A stretch of 64,000 nt of DNA from Octopus sinensis (Eukaryota). The position numbers were made by a program, and so were the translations under genes. The DNA lies in NCBI RefSeq assembly GCF_006345805.1, contig NW_021830470.1, positions 1-64,000 on the forward strand, given 5' to 3'. Of the stretch, positions 51,759-63,883 are shown piece after piece. The first letter of the stretch is position 1. Each line of letters starts with the position of its first letter. The notes beneath the pieces are model-generated. The model searched no databases. It saw nothing but the letters and a program-made list of their open reading frames with translations, and was not told the origin of the DNA.

Positions 51759-52155
51759 GGATCTTTTCGGTTTGACCGGTAGTTTTTAAAAATAATTTCC
51801 ACGTCACTAAACACTTTTAAACTTCGTATACTGGTAGAATGTGTTTATAAAACATCTTTTTCTCTTGGCTTTATTGAGAAAATTCTATAGTTTGTAAGAT
51901 ATTTGTTGTTTTTTTTCTGCAATTTCAACCAATCAATGACGTCTATTGAGGTGAAACATTCTGTGCTGTATGAATATGTCCCTCGTTTAAGAAACAGATT
52001 GGGTTTATTTACATTTCTGAAGGAAAAAAAAGATACCCTTCCCCCCACCCCTAAGACAGAGTGAAATGCAATAGATCGATACTAGGGTCATAATTATGGG
52101 TGACAATTTCATATGACACCGCTAGAAAAAACTGCCGTTCAAACAGAAAAGATCC
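51759..52155 (+). mobile_element. MITE-A, single unit, complete
   Basis: GGATC...GATCC termini; perfect 8-bp TSD CAAAATAG (51751-51758, 52156-52163). Confidence 0.9.
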
Positions 52156-52544
52156 CAAAATAGTCTTAGCTGATGTCATGTGTTAAATGTTGACATTGAT
52201 ACAGTTGGTCACAGTCAAATGACTGAAACTAGTAAAAGAGTAAAGAAGGCAACGTTTAGCAATAAGACAGTCATATCTCACCCAGTGCGCACATATCCGA
52301 ATCTCACAAACTAAGCAGCAAAAAAGGTTGGTAACATTTGTGAAATTGGTGTTTAGTTTTTTAAGATATCATCAATATTTGCTTTGGAATTGCTGCATCC
52401 AACCAAGAGAATTGCTTCCATCAGTCGACCTTGTTCGATGTCCTGACTTCACATTCTTCATTTTTGAAATTGAAAGAAGCCCATTATGTGTGTGTGTGTA
52501 TATATATGTATGTGTGTATGTATATAGAGATTATACATATGAAA

Positions 52545-52910
52545 TCGATCAACATCAATGGAAATTGTAGCTGTAATACCAGTGCTGGTGGCACGTAAGA
52601 GAACCATCTGAATGTGGCCGTTGCCAGCGCTGCCCCGACTGACCTCTGTGCCTGCGGAACGTAAAAGGCACCATCCAATTGTGGCCGTTTGCCAGCCTCC
52701 CCTGGCACCTGTGCAGGTGGCACGTAAAAAGCACCCACTACACTCATGGAGTGGTTGGTATTAGGAAGGGCATCCAGCTGTAGAAACACTGCCAGATAAG
52801 ACTGGAGCCTGGTGCAGCCTCCTGGCTCCCCAGACCCCAGTCGAACCGTCCAACCCATGCCAGCAGGGAAAGCGGACGCTAAACGATGATGATGATGATG
52901 ATGATGATGA
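52545..52910 (+). mobile_element. RTE 3'UTR fragment
   Basis: Family consensus with (GAT)n tail. Confidence 0.8.
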
Positions 52911-53065
52911 TATTTGTGTTTGGATACCCACATGTTCATGCATGTGGCGTTTTCGATAGAATGATTTGCCACATGTGTCACACTGACATGGCTTCTCTTT
53001 TGTAGGAATTCATTCATGGACATTTAAGTTATGTCTATGAGAAAATGATTTACCGCAGATATGGC

Positions 53066-53957
53066 CGGTGGCACGTAAAAAGCACCATCCGATCGTGGCC
53101 GTTCCAAGCCTTGCCTGGCCCCCGTGCCGGTGGCACATAAAAAGCACCATCCGATTGTGGCCGCTTTCCAGCCACGCCAGGCCCCCGTGCCGGTGGCACA
53201 TAAAAAGCACCATCCGATTGTGGCCGCTTTCCAGCCTCGCCTGGCCCCCGTGCCGGTGGCACATAAAAAGCACCATCCGATTGTGGCCGCTTTCCAGCCT
53301 CGCCTGGCCCCCGTGCCGGTGGCACATAAAAAGCACCATCCGATTGTGGCCGCTTTCCAGCCTCGCCTGGCCCCCGTGCCGGTGGCACATAAAAAGCACC
53401 ATCCGATTGTGGCCACTTTCCAGCCTCGCCTGGCCCCCGTGCCGGTGGCACATAAAAAGCACCATCCGATTGTGGCCACTTTCCAGCCTCGCCTGGCCCC
53501 CGTGCAGGTGGCACATAAAAAGCACCCACTACACTCACGGAGTGGTTGGTGTTAGGGAGGGCATCCAGCTGTAGAAACACTCCAGAGCATCGGCTGCAGG
53601 GTCATTCCGAAAAGCTCTATCTACGACGATTTCATCTCAATCGAAGGAAAGGGGCTTTCTCCGTCCAGGTTGCGGATCCGTGGAATAAGCTGCCAGACGA
53701 GATAGTGAAGATGCCGACGGCCGCTCGGTTCAAAGTCTCTCTTGACCAGAAATGGCCTGAACTCTTTGCATGAACACCACTCTGTACACAACTCCATGTC
53801 CCCCTACATGGCGTTGCTTTTTGCTTTTTGAGCCAAAAAATTAACTTAACTTAGACTGGGCCTGGCACAGCCGTCTGGCTTCGCAGACCCCAGTTGAACC
53901 GTCCAACCCATGCCAGCATGGAAAACGGACATTAAATGATGATGATGATGATGTTGC
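53066..53957 (+). mobile_element. RTE 3'UTR (63-bp minisatellite x~7) with a nested CR1 3' end (53580-53853)
   Basis: Flanked by CAGATATGGC / CAGATTATGGC; the CR1 piece matches 37490-37755. Confidence 0.85.
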
Positions 53958-53961
53958 CAGA

Positions 53962-54852
53962 TTATGGCTTTTCACCTGTATGTGTCTGTTTGTGTTTATT
54001 TAAGGCACTCAGTTGAGAGAATGATTTACCACAGATATCACAGGTATATGGCTTCTCACCTGTATGAATGCGTTTGTGACTAGTTAAAGTGCTATTTTGA
54101 GAAAATGATTTACCACAGGTATCACAACGATATGGTTTCTCCCCAGTATGAATGCGTTTGTGCTTAGCGAAATAACCATTTTGAGAGAATGATGTACCAC
54201 AGATATCACACTGATATGGTTTCTCACCTGTATGAATACGTTTGTGTCTTCGTAAGTCACAACTTTCAGAGAATGATTTACCACAGATATCACAATGATG
54301 AGGCTTCTCACCTGTATGAGTACGTTTGTGCCTTTTCATGTTGCTGTCTTGAGAAAATGATTCACCACAGATATCACAATGATATGGCTTCTCACCTGTA
54401 TGAGTACGTCTGTGAGGATTCAATTTATCATAACGAGAGAATGATTTTCCGCAAATACCACAGTGATATGGCTTCTCTCCTGTATGAATAAGTTTGTGTT
54501 TAGTCAAATGACTATTTTGTGTGAATGATTTACCACAGGTATCACAATGATAGGGCTTCTCACCTGTATGAATACGTTTGTGATTAGTGACATGACTAAC
54601 AGAAACAAATGATTTACCACAGATATTACAATGATACGGCTTTTCACCTGTATGCATACGCTTGTGTGTTTTCAACTGACCGGCTTCAGGGAATGATTTA
54701 CCACAGATATCGCAATGGTATGGCTTTTCACCTGTATGTGTACGCTTGTGTCTAGTTAAGTTAGTACTATGAGAGAATGACTTACCACAGATATCGCAGG
54801 AATGTGGCTTCTCTCTGGTATCAGGGTTTTTTGGTTCAATTATATTATCCAT
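53962..54852 (-). CDS. Tandem C2H2 zinc-finger protein, 10 fingers, no recognisable effector domain (ZNF-2)
   Basis: Ten intact fingers with TGEKP linkers. The track start at 54882 is GTG; the first ATG is 54852. Confidence 0.9.
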   Translation of the reverse strand: MDNIIEPKNPDTREKPHSCDICGKSFSHSTNLTRHKRTHTGEKPYHCDICGKSFPEAGQLKTHKRMHTGEKPYHCNICGKSFVSVSHVTNHKRIHTGEKPYHCDTCGKSFTQNSHLTKHKLIHTGEKPYHCGICGKSFSRYDKLNPHRRTHTGEKPYHCDICGESFSQDSNMKRHKRTHTGEKPHHCDICGKSFSESCDLRRHKRIHTGEKPYQCDICGTSFSQNGYFAKHKRIHTGEKPYRCDTCGKSFSQNSTLTSHKRIHTGEKPYTCDICGKSFSQLSALNKHKQTHTGEKP

Positions 54853-55097
54853 TATGAGAGAATAATTAATTAGACGTATCACAATGATAATGATTTTTTC
54901 ATTTCTATGAATATGTTTGTATGAAGTTGGATCACTATTTTCAGAGAATAATTTAATGCTATGCTTCTTTCATTTGTGATCTTACTTCATACCTAAAACT
55001 GCAGGTGTAAACTGTCAACTCTTTTGTAAAGTTTATCCAACCTTTTCGTTACTGTATTTATTTTGAGATGCTCTGTGTTCCTTTAAATTATTTTAAA

Positions 55098-55494
55098 CTA
55101 GCAGTATCGCCCAGCGTTGCTCGGGTTTGTAAGGGAAATAACTATATATGCATTTTTAGAGATGTAAAGTATAATAACCATCTCAATATGGCTAACCACA
55201 AAGGAAGGGGTGTTACTGTAGCTTTTTACGATCTGAGATTTAATAATAAATTTTTAGAGAGTTACTTCCCTTATATATGCCAAAAATGCATTAAAAATGG
55301 GAGAAATTGATGGTAAATTCTTTTTAAAATCGTAGACTCATCGTAGACGCGCGCTAATACCCAGAAGGGCTCGATATGAATCACGACTATAAGATACCCG
55401 GTTTGGGTTAAACTGCACTGCAAAATGTGGGTGTAGTTAGGAATCTAAATCGTAGGAGACAGACAGCACACAACCTTACTTTTATATATAAAGA
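55098..55494 (-). mobile_element. Non-autonomous Helitron inserted in the ZNF-2 5' leader
   Basis: TC...hairpin...CTAG termini; same subtype as 16174-16686. Confidence 0.85.
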
Positions 55495-55885
55495 TATAAT
55501 AATGAATTTAGTAAAATAACTTAGTTATCATTAAGCTAGTGTTAGGAACATAAATTGCAACTAAGTTTTGGTGGTATATTCTAATGGAAAACTAATGAAA
55601 ACCAGACATTTATACTACAGAGCCAGGGGTGGTTTTGGCCAGGTTGGTATCAAAAGGGATAATTAACCAGTAAAGCAATCTTCTCTTCTACATTCCAGAG
55701 AGGGAAGGCAAGAAAAATATTTTGCCGTTGTTTGTTATAGATTATATTTTTGTAAAGAAGTTGATGTACTGATGAATGCTCCTTATAAATATATCGTCTT
55801 CCTTTAAATGATGAAAGTTGGTGAGGAATATCGAAGGCACATCCAAATGAAGAAATTCCCTTTTCTGTCAACTTGATGTGATATT

Positions 55886-55920
55886 CTGAAACAGGAAAAG
55901 AAGCAGTAAGATAAAGAGGA
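55886..55920 (-). promoter_or_regulatory. Candidate splice acceptor for ZNF-2
   Basis: Minus strand CTTTATCTTACTGCTTCTTTTCCTGTTTCAG|AATATC, paralogous to 7301. Confidence 0.7.
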
Positions 55921-55977
55921 TAGTTAAACGACATCTTAATTCAACATTGCAAATAGTGCAATAGCAACACTGTTATC

Positions 55978-56735
55978 TGTGGCGGCGTGTGGTTTAGTGG
56001 TTAGGGTGTCAGCATCATGATCGTAAGATTGTGGTTTTGATTCCTGGACCGGGCGACACGTGTTCTTGAGCAAAATACTTCATTTCACATTGCTCCAGTC
56101 CACTCAGCTGGCAAAAATGAGTAACGCTGCGATAGGACTGGCGTCCCGTCCAGCTAGAAAACACATATGTCACAGAAACCGGGCCCATGAGCCTGGCTAG
56201 GCTTTAAAAGGGTGCATTTATTTGTTGAGGCACATGGCCTAGTGGTTAGAGCAGAGGGATCGCGGGTTCGAATCTCAGACTGGGCGAAGTGTGTGTTTAT
56301 GAGCGAAACACCCAAGCTCCACACGGCTCTGGCAGAAGCTAATGGCGAACTTCTGCTGACTCTTTCGCCACAACTTTCTCTCACTCTTTTCTCCTGCATC
56401 TTGCAGCTCACCTGCGACGGACCGGCGTCCTGTCCAGGTGGGGAACCTATGCACCAAGGAAACCGGGAAACCGGTCCTTATGAGCCTGGCATGGCTTGAG
56501 AAGGAACAAACAATATGTGTGTGTGTTTGTGTGTGGAGGCACATGGCCTAGTGGTTAGAGCAGTGGACTCGCAGTCGAGGGATCGCGGGTTCGAATCTCA
56601 GACTGGGCGATGTGTGTGTTTGTGAGCAAAAATCTTCAGCTCCACGCGGCTCCAGCAGAAGGTAACGGCGAAACTTCTGCTGACTCTTTCGCCACATCTT
56701 TCTCTCACTCTTTCCTCCTGCATCTTGCAGCTCAC
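55978..56735 (+). mobile_element. CORE-type SINE (55978-56215) and S4 SINEs (56225-56735)
   Basis: GTGTTCTTGAGCAAAATACTTCATTTCACATTGCTCCAGTCCACTCAGCTG (CORE-like); S4 consensus. Confidence 0.75.
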
Positions 56736-57450
56736 CTATAGAATTTTCTCAATAAAGCCAAGAGAAAAAGATGTTTTATAAACACATTCTACCAGTATAC
56801 GAAGTTTAAAAGTGTTTAGTTACGTGGAAATTATTTTTAAAAACTGCTGTTCAAACCGACAAGACCCAAATATCTTACAAACTATAGAATTTTCTCAATA
56901 AAGCCAAGAGAAAAAGATGTTTTATAAACACATTCTACCAGTATACGAAGTTTAAAAGTGTTTAGTTACGTGGAAATTATTTTTAAAAACTGCAGTTCAA
57001 ACCGAAACAACCCAAATATCTTACAAACTATAGAATTTTCTCAATAAAGCCAAGAGAAAAAGATGTTTTATAAACACATTCTACCAGTATACGAAGTTTA
57101 AAAGTGTTTAGTTACGTGGAAATTATTTTAAAAAACTGCCGTTCAAACCGAAACAACCCAAATATCTTACAAACTATAGAATTTTCTCAATAAAGCCAAG
57201 AGAAAAAGATGTTTTATCAACACATTCTACCAGTATACGAAGTTTAAAAGTGTTTAGTTACGTGGAAATTATTTTAAAAAACTGCCGGTCAAACCGAAAC
57301 GACTCAAATATCTTACAAACTATAGAATTTTCTCAATAAAGCCAAGAGAAAAAGATGTTTTATCAACACATTCTACCAGTATACGAAGTTTAAAATTTTT
57401 TAGTTACCTAGAAATCATGTTAAAAACTGCCGTTCAAACCGAAAAGATCC
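56736..57450 (-). mobile_element. MITE-A terminal 146-bp array (~5 units)
   Basis: CTATAGAATTTTCTC at 56736, 56882, 57028, 57174, 57320; ends ACCGAAAAGATCC. Confidence 0.9.
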
Positions 57451-57540
57451 AAAATTATTTACTTTGTTTTAAAAAAATTACTTTGTGTAAAAAAATTATT
57501 TATTTTGTGTTTCATTTACTTTTGCTAGGTAGTCGTTGTA

Positions 57541-59839
57541 GGATCGACTAGTCACGACTAGCTATCGCGGATGCGCGCACTGGCACCACTCTTCTTAAAT
57601 AGTACCAAGTTAATATACCTGTATAGGTGTGACTTAGTTATTATTTTGGGCTTTTGTAATTGGCGTAACTTCGGTATAGGTACCGGAAACATTTCAAGAA
57701 AGTGTTTTTTTGTTTTTTACATATATATGGGGGGGGGGGGGGAGAAAAAGGTTTCTGTTATCTTCAAAAATGTAAACAAAGCCACTTATGGTACCTATAC
57801 CGAAGGATCACCAAAATTTCTAGCTTACGGTAAAAATTAATCGTTATATAAAATATTTTTGGGCGTAACTTCGGTATAGGTACCGGATACATTTCAAGAT
57901 TATTTTTTACATATATATGGGAGGGGTGAGTTAGGGTTAGGGGAGGGAGAAAAGGGTTTCTGGTATCTTCAGAAATGTAAACAAGGCCACTTCCGGTACT
58001 TGCGGTACCTATACCGAAGGATCGCCAAAAGTTCTAGTTTAAGGTAAAAATTAATCGTTATATAAAATATTTTTTGGCGTAACTTCGGTATAGGTACCGG
58101 AAGTACGGGATACATTTCAAGATTAATTTTTACATATATATGGGGGGGGGGTAGGGGAGTTGGAGAAATGGGTTTCTGGTATCTTCAGAAATGTAAACAA
58201 AGCCCTTCCGGTACTTACGGTACCTATACCGAAGGATCGCCAAAAGTTCTAGTTTAAGGTAAAAATTAATCGTTATATAAAATATTTTTCGGCGTAACTT
58301 CGGTATAGGTACCGGATACATTTCAAGAAAGTGTTTTTTTTTTACATATATGAAGGGTTAGGGTTAGGGGTGGGAGAAAACCCTTTGTTTCTGTTATCTT
58401 CAGAAATGTAAACAAAGCCACTTCTGGTACCTATACCGAAGGATCGACTCCGAGTTAATTATCGTTTTATATTTTGCATAACAGTTAAGAGAGTATTTCT
58501 AGAATATAATTTACTTGTTTCAAAGAATTTACTCACCGATTTCTGTAATTCACGTATCGTCTTCTTTATTTCATTAAATTTGCCATAAGGGCAGCACCCA
58601 GAGAGAAGCTTGAGGGCTAGACAGAGACATTAATGGGATGAATGATGATGATGATGCAAGAATGATGAGGATGGGAGAAGACGAAAAGTACCCGCCGACT
58701 TTCGCTTCTCTAAAACATTGTTCTTTTTTCCCTTTTTTTTTTTTTAAAAGAAACACAATGAGGCAATAAACCCCTTACACAGTTCAAAATTAAAAATAAA
58801 ACACAAACACGAGGCAATAATCCTCTCACTTTTTACATTTTTAGTCTCTTTTGGGGGTAATACACCTCTTCAATTTTCCCACCCGGCCAGGCTCCTCACG
58901 TATAAGTCTTCTTAATAAATGAGGATTGTTCATTCACTCCGGGTTAAATATAATATATAATATAATAATAATTGTGTAGAGTGCTCAGGTGCACTACAAC
59001 TCATCTAAAGTGTTTATATAATCAGGTGTAGTTTCGGCGGATTTCGGAAAGCATGAGGGTCTTAAAGGATGCAGTGGGGAAAGCAAACCAAAGTCTTCTG
59101 TTACGATCTTCTAAGGCTCCTCACGTATAAGTCTTCTTAATAAAAGAGGATTGTTCATTCACTCCGGGTTAAATATAATAATAATTGTGTACAGTGCTCA
59201 GGTGCACTACAACTCATCTAAAGTGTATATATAATCAGGCGTAGTTTCGGAAAGCATGAGGGTCTTAAAGGCTGCAGTGGGGAAAGCAAACCAATGTCTT
59301 CTTCTGTTACGATCTTCTAATTAATAAATAATTATTGGTTTCTGTTTGAAAGTCAACTAAAAAGCGAAGAAATCTATTCGTTCATCTGTGGCTGATTAAA
59401 AGTTCATGTGTTCATTTTGGTCCTGCTTTTGTTAATTAGGAAATATCCAATTAACGATGTCCTTTGTGGATGAAGCGGAACATTTAATGATGATCACGAT
59501 GGAACAGAGACCCTGAAACATGTAGCTCACGTTTACTTGATCGATAAACATTAAAATTTACCGCAACGTCACATAATTATTACACAGGATGTAATTAATT
59601 AAGCTGAACTAATTAGAAACATTCAAGGTGATCGGTGTCGCTCGTAAATTTCACCCGTCTCAAGATGATACCGGTGTCGCCTGTTAAAAGTCCCCAAACT
59701 AACTTAATGCTTTGAGAAATTCTTTTCGTTCTCCCAGTATTGTTCCTTCATTTATATCCAGCCCAGAAAGAAGAGTGGTCCCGGTGCGCGCACTCGCGTA
59801 CTCACGCGTCCACGCTAGCTAGTCGTGACTAGTCGATCC
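57541..59839. mobile_element. MITE family B: 24-bp TIR GGATCGACTAGTCACGACTAGCTA with ~4 internal 200-215-bp units (57663-58445)
   Basis: Inverted copy of the TIR ends at 59839; another left end lies at 60421. No TSD found. Confidence 0.6.
58887..59320. repeat. ~225-bp tandem duplication of unidentified sequence
   Basis: AGGCTCCTCACGTATAAGTC...TTACGATCTTCTA occurs twice. Confidence 0.85.
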
Positions 59840-59894
59840 TTACTCTGTGTTTTTGTTTTATTTACCTTGTTTTAAAAAAAATTATTTACTTTAC

Positions 59895-60104
59895 TCTCCC
59901 TTTACTCTTTTACTTGTTTCAGTCATTTGACTGCGGCCATGCTGGAGCACCGCCTTTAATCGAGCAAGTCGACCCCGGGACTTATTCTTTTGTAAGCCCA
60001 GTACTTATTCTATCGGTCTCTTTTGTCGAACCGCTAAGTGACGGTGACGTAAACACACCAGTATCGGTTGTCAAGCAATGCTAGGGGGACAAACACAAAC
60101 ACAT

Positions 60105-60196
<92 letters not shown>

Positions 60197-60358
60197 CGAC
60201 AGGCTTCTTTCAGTTTCCATCTACCAAATCCACTCACAAGGCTTTGGTCGGCCCAAGGCTATAGTAGAATACACTTACGCAAGGTGCCACGCAATGGGAC
60301 TGAACCCGGATCCATGTGGTTGGTAAGCAAGCTACTTACCACACAGCCACTCCTGCGC
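59895..60358 (-). mobile_element. S1 SINE, full length
   Basis: Head, microsatellite and tail in reverse complement. Confidence 0.9.
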
Positions 60359-60759
60359 CTCTTTGTGAAAAAAAATTATTTATTTTGTGTTTTATTTACT
60401 TTGCTAGGTAGTCGTTGTAAGATCGACTAGTCACGACTAGCTAGCGCTAGTACCGTAAGTTTAACTTGGCGATCCTTCGGTTTAAGTACACACGTGACTT
60501 TGTTTACATTTCTGAAGATAACAGAAACCCTTTTATCTCACCCCTAAATCTACCCCCCCCCCCATATATAAAAAAAACACTTTCTCGAAATGTATCCGGT
60601 ACTTACACCGGTACATATATACCGAAGTTTTTCCCCGTCTGAATACGTACGACACCGGTGTCGTAAGTTAAAAGTCCCTAGTATAATTTAATATATCCAG
60701 GAATCCTTTCGGTTGTAGCAATCTATTCCTTCAACTCTATCCAAATCAATGCTAAATCG

Positions 60760-61370
60760 GTTACGACGACGAGGGTTCCGGTTGATCCGAATCAACGGAA
60801 CAGCCTGCTCGTGAAATTAACGTGTAAGTGGCTGAGCACTCCACAGACACGTGTACCCTTAACGTAGTTCTCGGGGATATTCAGCGTGACACAGAGGGTG
60901 ACAAGGCCAGCTCCTTTGAAATACAGGTACAACAGAAACAGGAAGTAAGAGTGAGAGAAAGTTGTGGTGAAAGAGTACAGCAGGGATCACCACCATCCCC
61001 TCTGCCGGGGCCTCGTGGAGCTTTAGGTGTTTTCGCTCAATAAACACTCACAACGCCCGGTCTGGGAATCGAAACCGCGATCCTATGACCGCGAGTCCGC
61101 TGCCCTAACCACTGGACCATTGCGCCTCCACACACATATATATAGGTTGGCCCCTTGAAATACAGGTACAACAGAAACAGGAAGTAAGAGTGAGAGAAAG
61201 TTGTGGTGAAAGAGTACAGCAGGGATCACCACCATCCCCTGCCGGAGCCTCGTGGAGCTTTTTAGGTGTTTTCGCTCAATAAACACTCACAACGCCCGGT
61301 CTGGGAATCGAAACCGCGATCCTACGACCGCGAGTCCGCTGCCCTAACCACTGAGCCATTGCGCCTCCAC
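60760..61370 (-). mobile_element. S3 SINE plus a duplicated 5' part
   Basis: Family consensus twice. Confidence 0.85.
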
Positions 61371-61794
61371 TCAGTAAAATATTATTAAATTAAAGACTGG
61401 AAAATTCCGTGTATTTTTTTTTCTAGGATCTTTTCGGTTTGAACGGCAGTTTTTTAATAAAGATCCCACGACCACATATATTCTTTTGTTCTGTTATCTC
61501 TCCCCCTTTTTTCTTCTTTTTTCATTTCTCTTTTCTTTTGTTCCTTTTCCTTTTCTTTTTTTAAATTTTTTTTTTCCCTTTTTTTATTTTTTATTTTATT
61601 CATTTATTTTTTTGTTTGTTCTTTTCTTCCCTTTTACGATCCCTCTTGATCGAAAACCTACGCCACCCCTATTTTTTTTTTGTTTCTTTTGTTTTTTGTT
61701 TTTTTTCATCCCCCAAAAGAAAAGCTCTACCTTGTAACTTGTCCCATCTGTGTGCAGCCCTGTGTGGCCAATAAAGAAACTTATCTCTTTACTG

Positions 61795-61945
61795 TGTAGT
61801 GACGTCATATTCCAGTGTGTGCACACGCAACGTCCTTCTTCAGTGCGCATGTGCGGGGTTGGAACCTTCTAGAACCTTCTGGAAAGGCATAGGGAGGTTC
61901 CCTCATGCGCATGCGCTAGAGACTGAAGGGGACAGTAGTTTCTAG
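61795..61945. promoter_or_regulatory. Promoter-like cluster: CRE (61800), two NRF1-type GCGCATGCGC motifs (61844, 61906), ACTACnnTCCC-like motif (61928-61939, minus strand)
   Basis: Motifs read directly in a locally CpG-rich, non-repeat segment. Confidence 0.45.
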
Positions 61946-62111
61946 GGCGTTTTCCTTAATAGCGTCGTGACGACCTGCTCTGTTGCTGTTGAATTTGTTG
62001 TAAGAACCTTACAAACGTTAAAATTCAGCCTTGCTATTTCGCACCTAGTGGATACCAAGATACCAACGAACTTCTTTTGTAAATAAGAAAATAAAGAGTT
62101 ATATATATATA

Positions 62112-62479
62112 CTAGCAGTATCGCCCGGCGTTGCTCGGGTTTGTAAGGGAAATAACTATAAAGCATTTTTAGAGAGTTATAGCCAAAAAATGGAAAAAAA
62201 TTATGGTAAATTTTTTTAGTTAAAAAGGTCGAGTTGCGTCCCCTAGACAGTCTGTGGTTGTGTTTTTCTGATTCTCGACCCCATGTCGAATTTATCGATT
62301 TTTTTCAGAACTGGGGAACTTTTCAAAATTTTCGCTGCGTTAGTTTTGAATTATGACATTGGGCTATGTGTGTGTCAAGTTTCATCAGAATCGGTTGAAA
62401 GCCGTGGTCAGGGTGAGGGTACAACCTAACAGACACACAGAAACACACACAGACAAACTGCCGTTTATATATAGAGAGA
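62112..62479 (-). mobile_element. Non-autonomous Helitron, complete
   Basis: TC...hairpin...CTAG termini. Confidence 0.85.
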
Positions 62480-62679
62480 TATTTTTAAAGTTGCGTTCTT
62501 GTTCATGACTGGAAGTTTCTGGAATCTAAAGAAAGGAAATTGTGTTGCACCCAAGTTGCACCCCAAAAGTGTAAAGAAGCAACTAGTTCCCTTTACAACT
62601 GGTTTCAGTCTTTGAAATGTGGCCAGAGTGAAATGAAGGCTTAAGGTTATTAGTGAATGCTTTCAACGTTAGGATTTAC

Positions 62680-62905
62680 TACCTATTTCTTTATTACCCA
62701 CAAGGGGCTAAACACAGAGGGGACAAACAAGGACAGACAAATGGATTAAGTCGATTACATCGACCCCAGTGCGTGACTGGTACTTAATTTTATCGACCCC
62801 GAAAGGATGAAAGGCAAAGTCGACCTCGGCGGAATTTAAACTCAGAACATAACGTCAGACGAAATACCACTAAGCATTTCGCCCGACGAGATAACGATTC
62901 AACCA
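62680..62905 (-). mobile_element. S2 SINE
   Basis: Family consensus. Confidence 0.85.
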
Positions 62906-63384
62906 GCTCAGAGAGAGACAGAGAGCTGAATGGTTGTATAGATCAGAAACCTTAAAATGTTTGTAGAAGTTCTTTTAAGCGTTGGTTCGGTCAGTTGCCA
63001 AATAAGATTGCTTACGGTAGTGTCACCCCTTAAACATTAATGTTGTGTGTTGTAGTTGATAAGGCGTAGGATTGGCTGTGTGGTAAGTAGCTTGCTTACC
63101 AACCACATGGTTCCGGGTTCATTCGCACTGCGTGGCACTTTCGGTGAGTGTCTTTAAAGTTATTAGTGAATGCTTTCAACGTTAGGATTTATAACCGTTT
63201 GGTACTCATTTTACCCATTCCTGTTTGTCAAATTACTGACGTTACTAGGTATAAGGGATATAGACATCGATGGGGTTTTTATTCCCCTTTAAACACACGT
63301 ACACACGTCGACGTAGGTACAACATTAACCACAAGAATAAAAAAACAAAAAAAAAAACACGGAAGACAAAGCAAAAATATGCTG

Positions 63385-63720
63385 TGAATAATAGTTTAAT
63401 ACTCAATGATTTACAATCGTGAGGTTGTGAGCTCGAATCCCGGACCGGGCTGCGTGTTGTGTTCTTGAGCAAGGCACTTTATTTCGCGTTGCTCCAGTTC
63501 ACTCAGCTGTAGAAACGAGTTGCGACGTCACTGGTGCCAAGCTGTATCGGCCCCTTTGCCTTTCCCTTGGACAACATCAGTGGCGTGGAGAGGGGAGGCT
63601 GGTATGCATGGGCGACTGCTGGTCTTCCATAAACAACCTTGCCCGGACTTGTGTCAAGGAGGGTAACTTTCTAGGTGCAATCCCATGGTCATTCATGACC
63701 GAAGGGGGTCTTTACCCTTA
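63385..63720 (+). mobile_element. CORE-type tRNA SINE
   Basis: B-box GAGCTCGAATCCC followed by GTGTTGTGTTCTTGAGCAAGGCACTTT...GCTCCAGTTCACTCAGCTG. Confidence 0.75.
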
Positions 63721-63883
63721 CAGAGCGGAAATTATTTAAAGGTGAGCTTTTTTCCAGAAAGCAAATGCATCGCAGTAAGAAGCGTGAAGGAGTAAATTCA
63801 GGAGGAAGTGTTTGTGATAAGTCATTCTGAAAACGACGGAGGTTGAATGACGGGAAGTGACCCAGAAGAAATGGGATTTCGGA

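Noticed and set aside
55650-55934. 94-aa ORF upstream of ZNF-2 as an N-terminal coding exon
   Set aside because: It spans the splice acceptor, is cut off from the finger ORF by a Helitron and stops, and the ZNF-1 paralog has stops in all frames.
56225-56300. tRNA-like sequences (S1, S3, S4, S5 heads) as tRNA genes
   Set aside because: A and B boxes are present, but they run into SINE bodies, lack a proper acceptor stem and are multi-copy.
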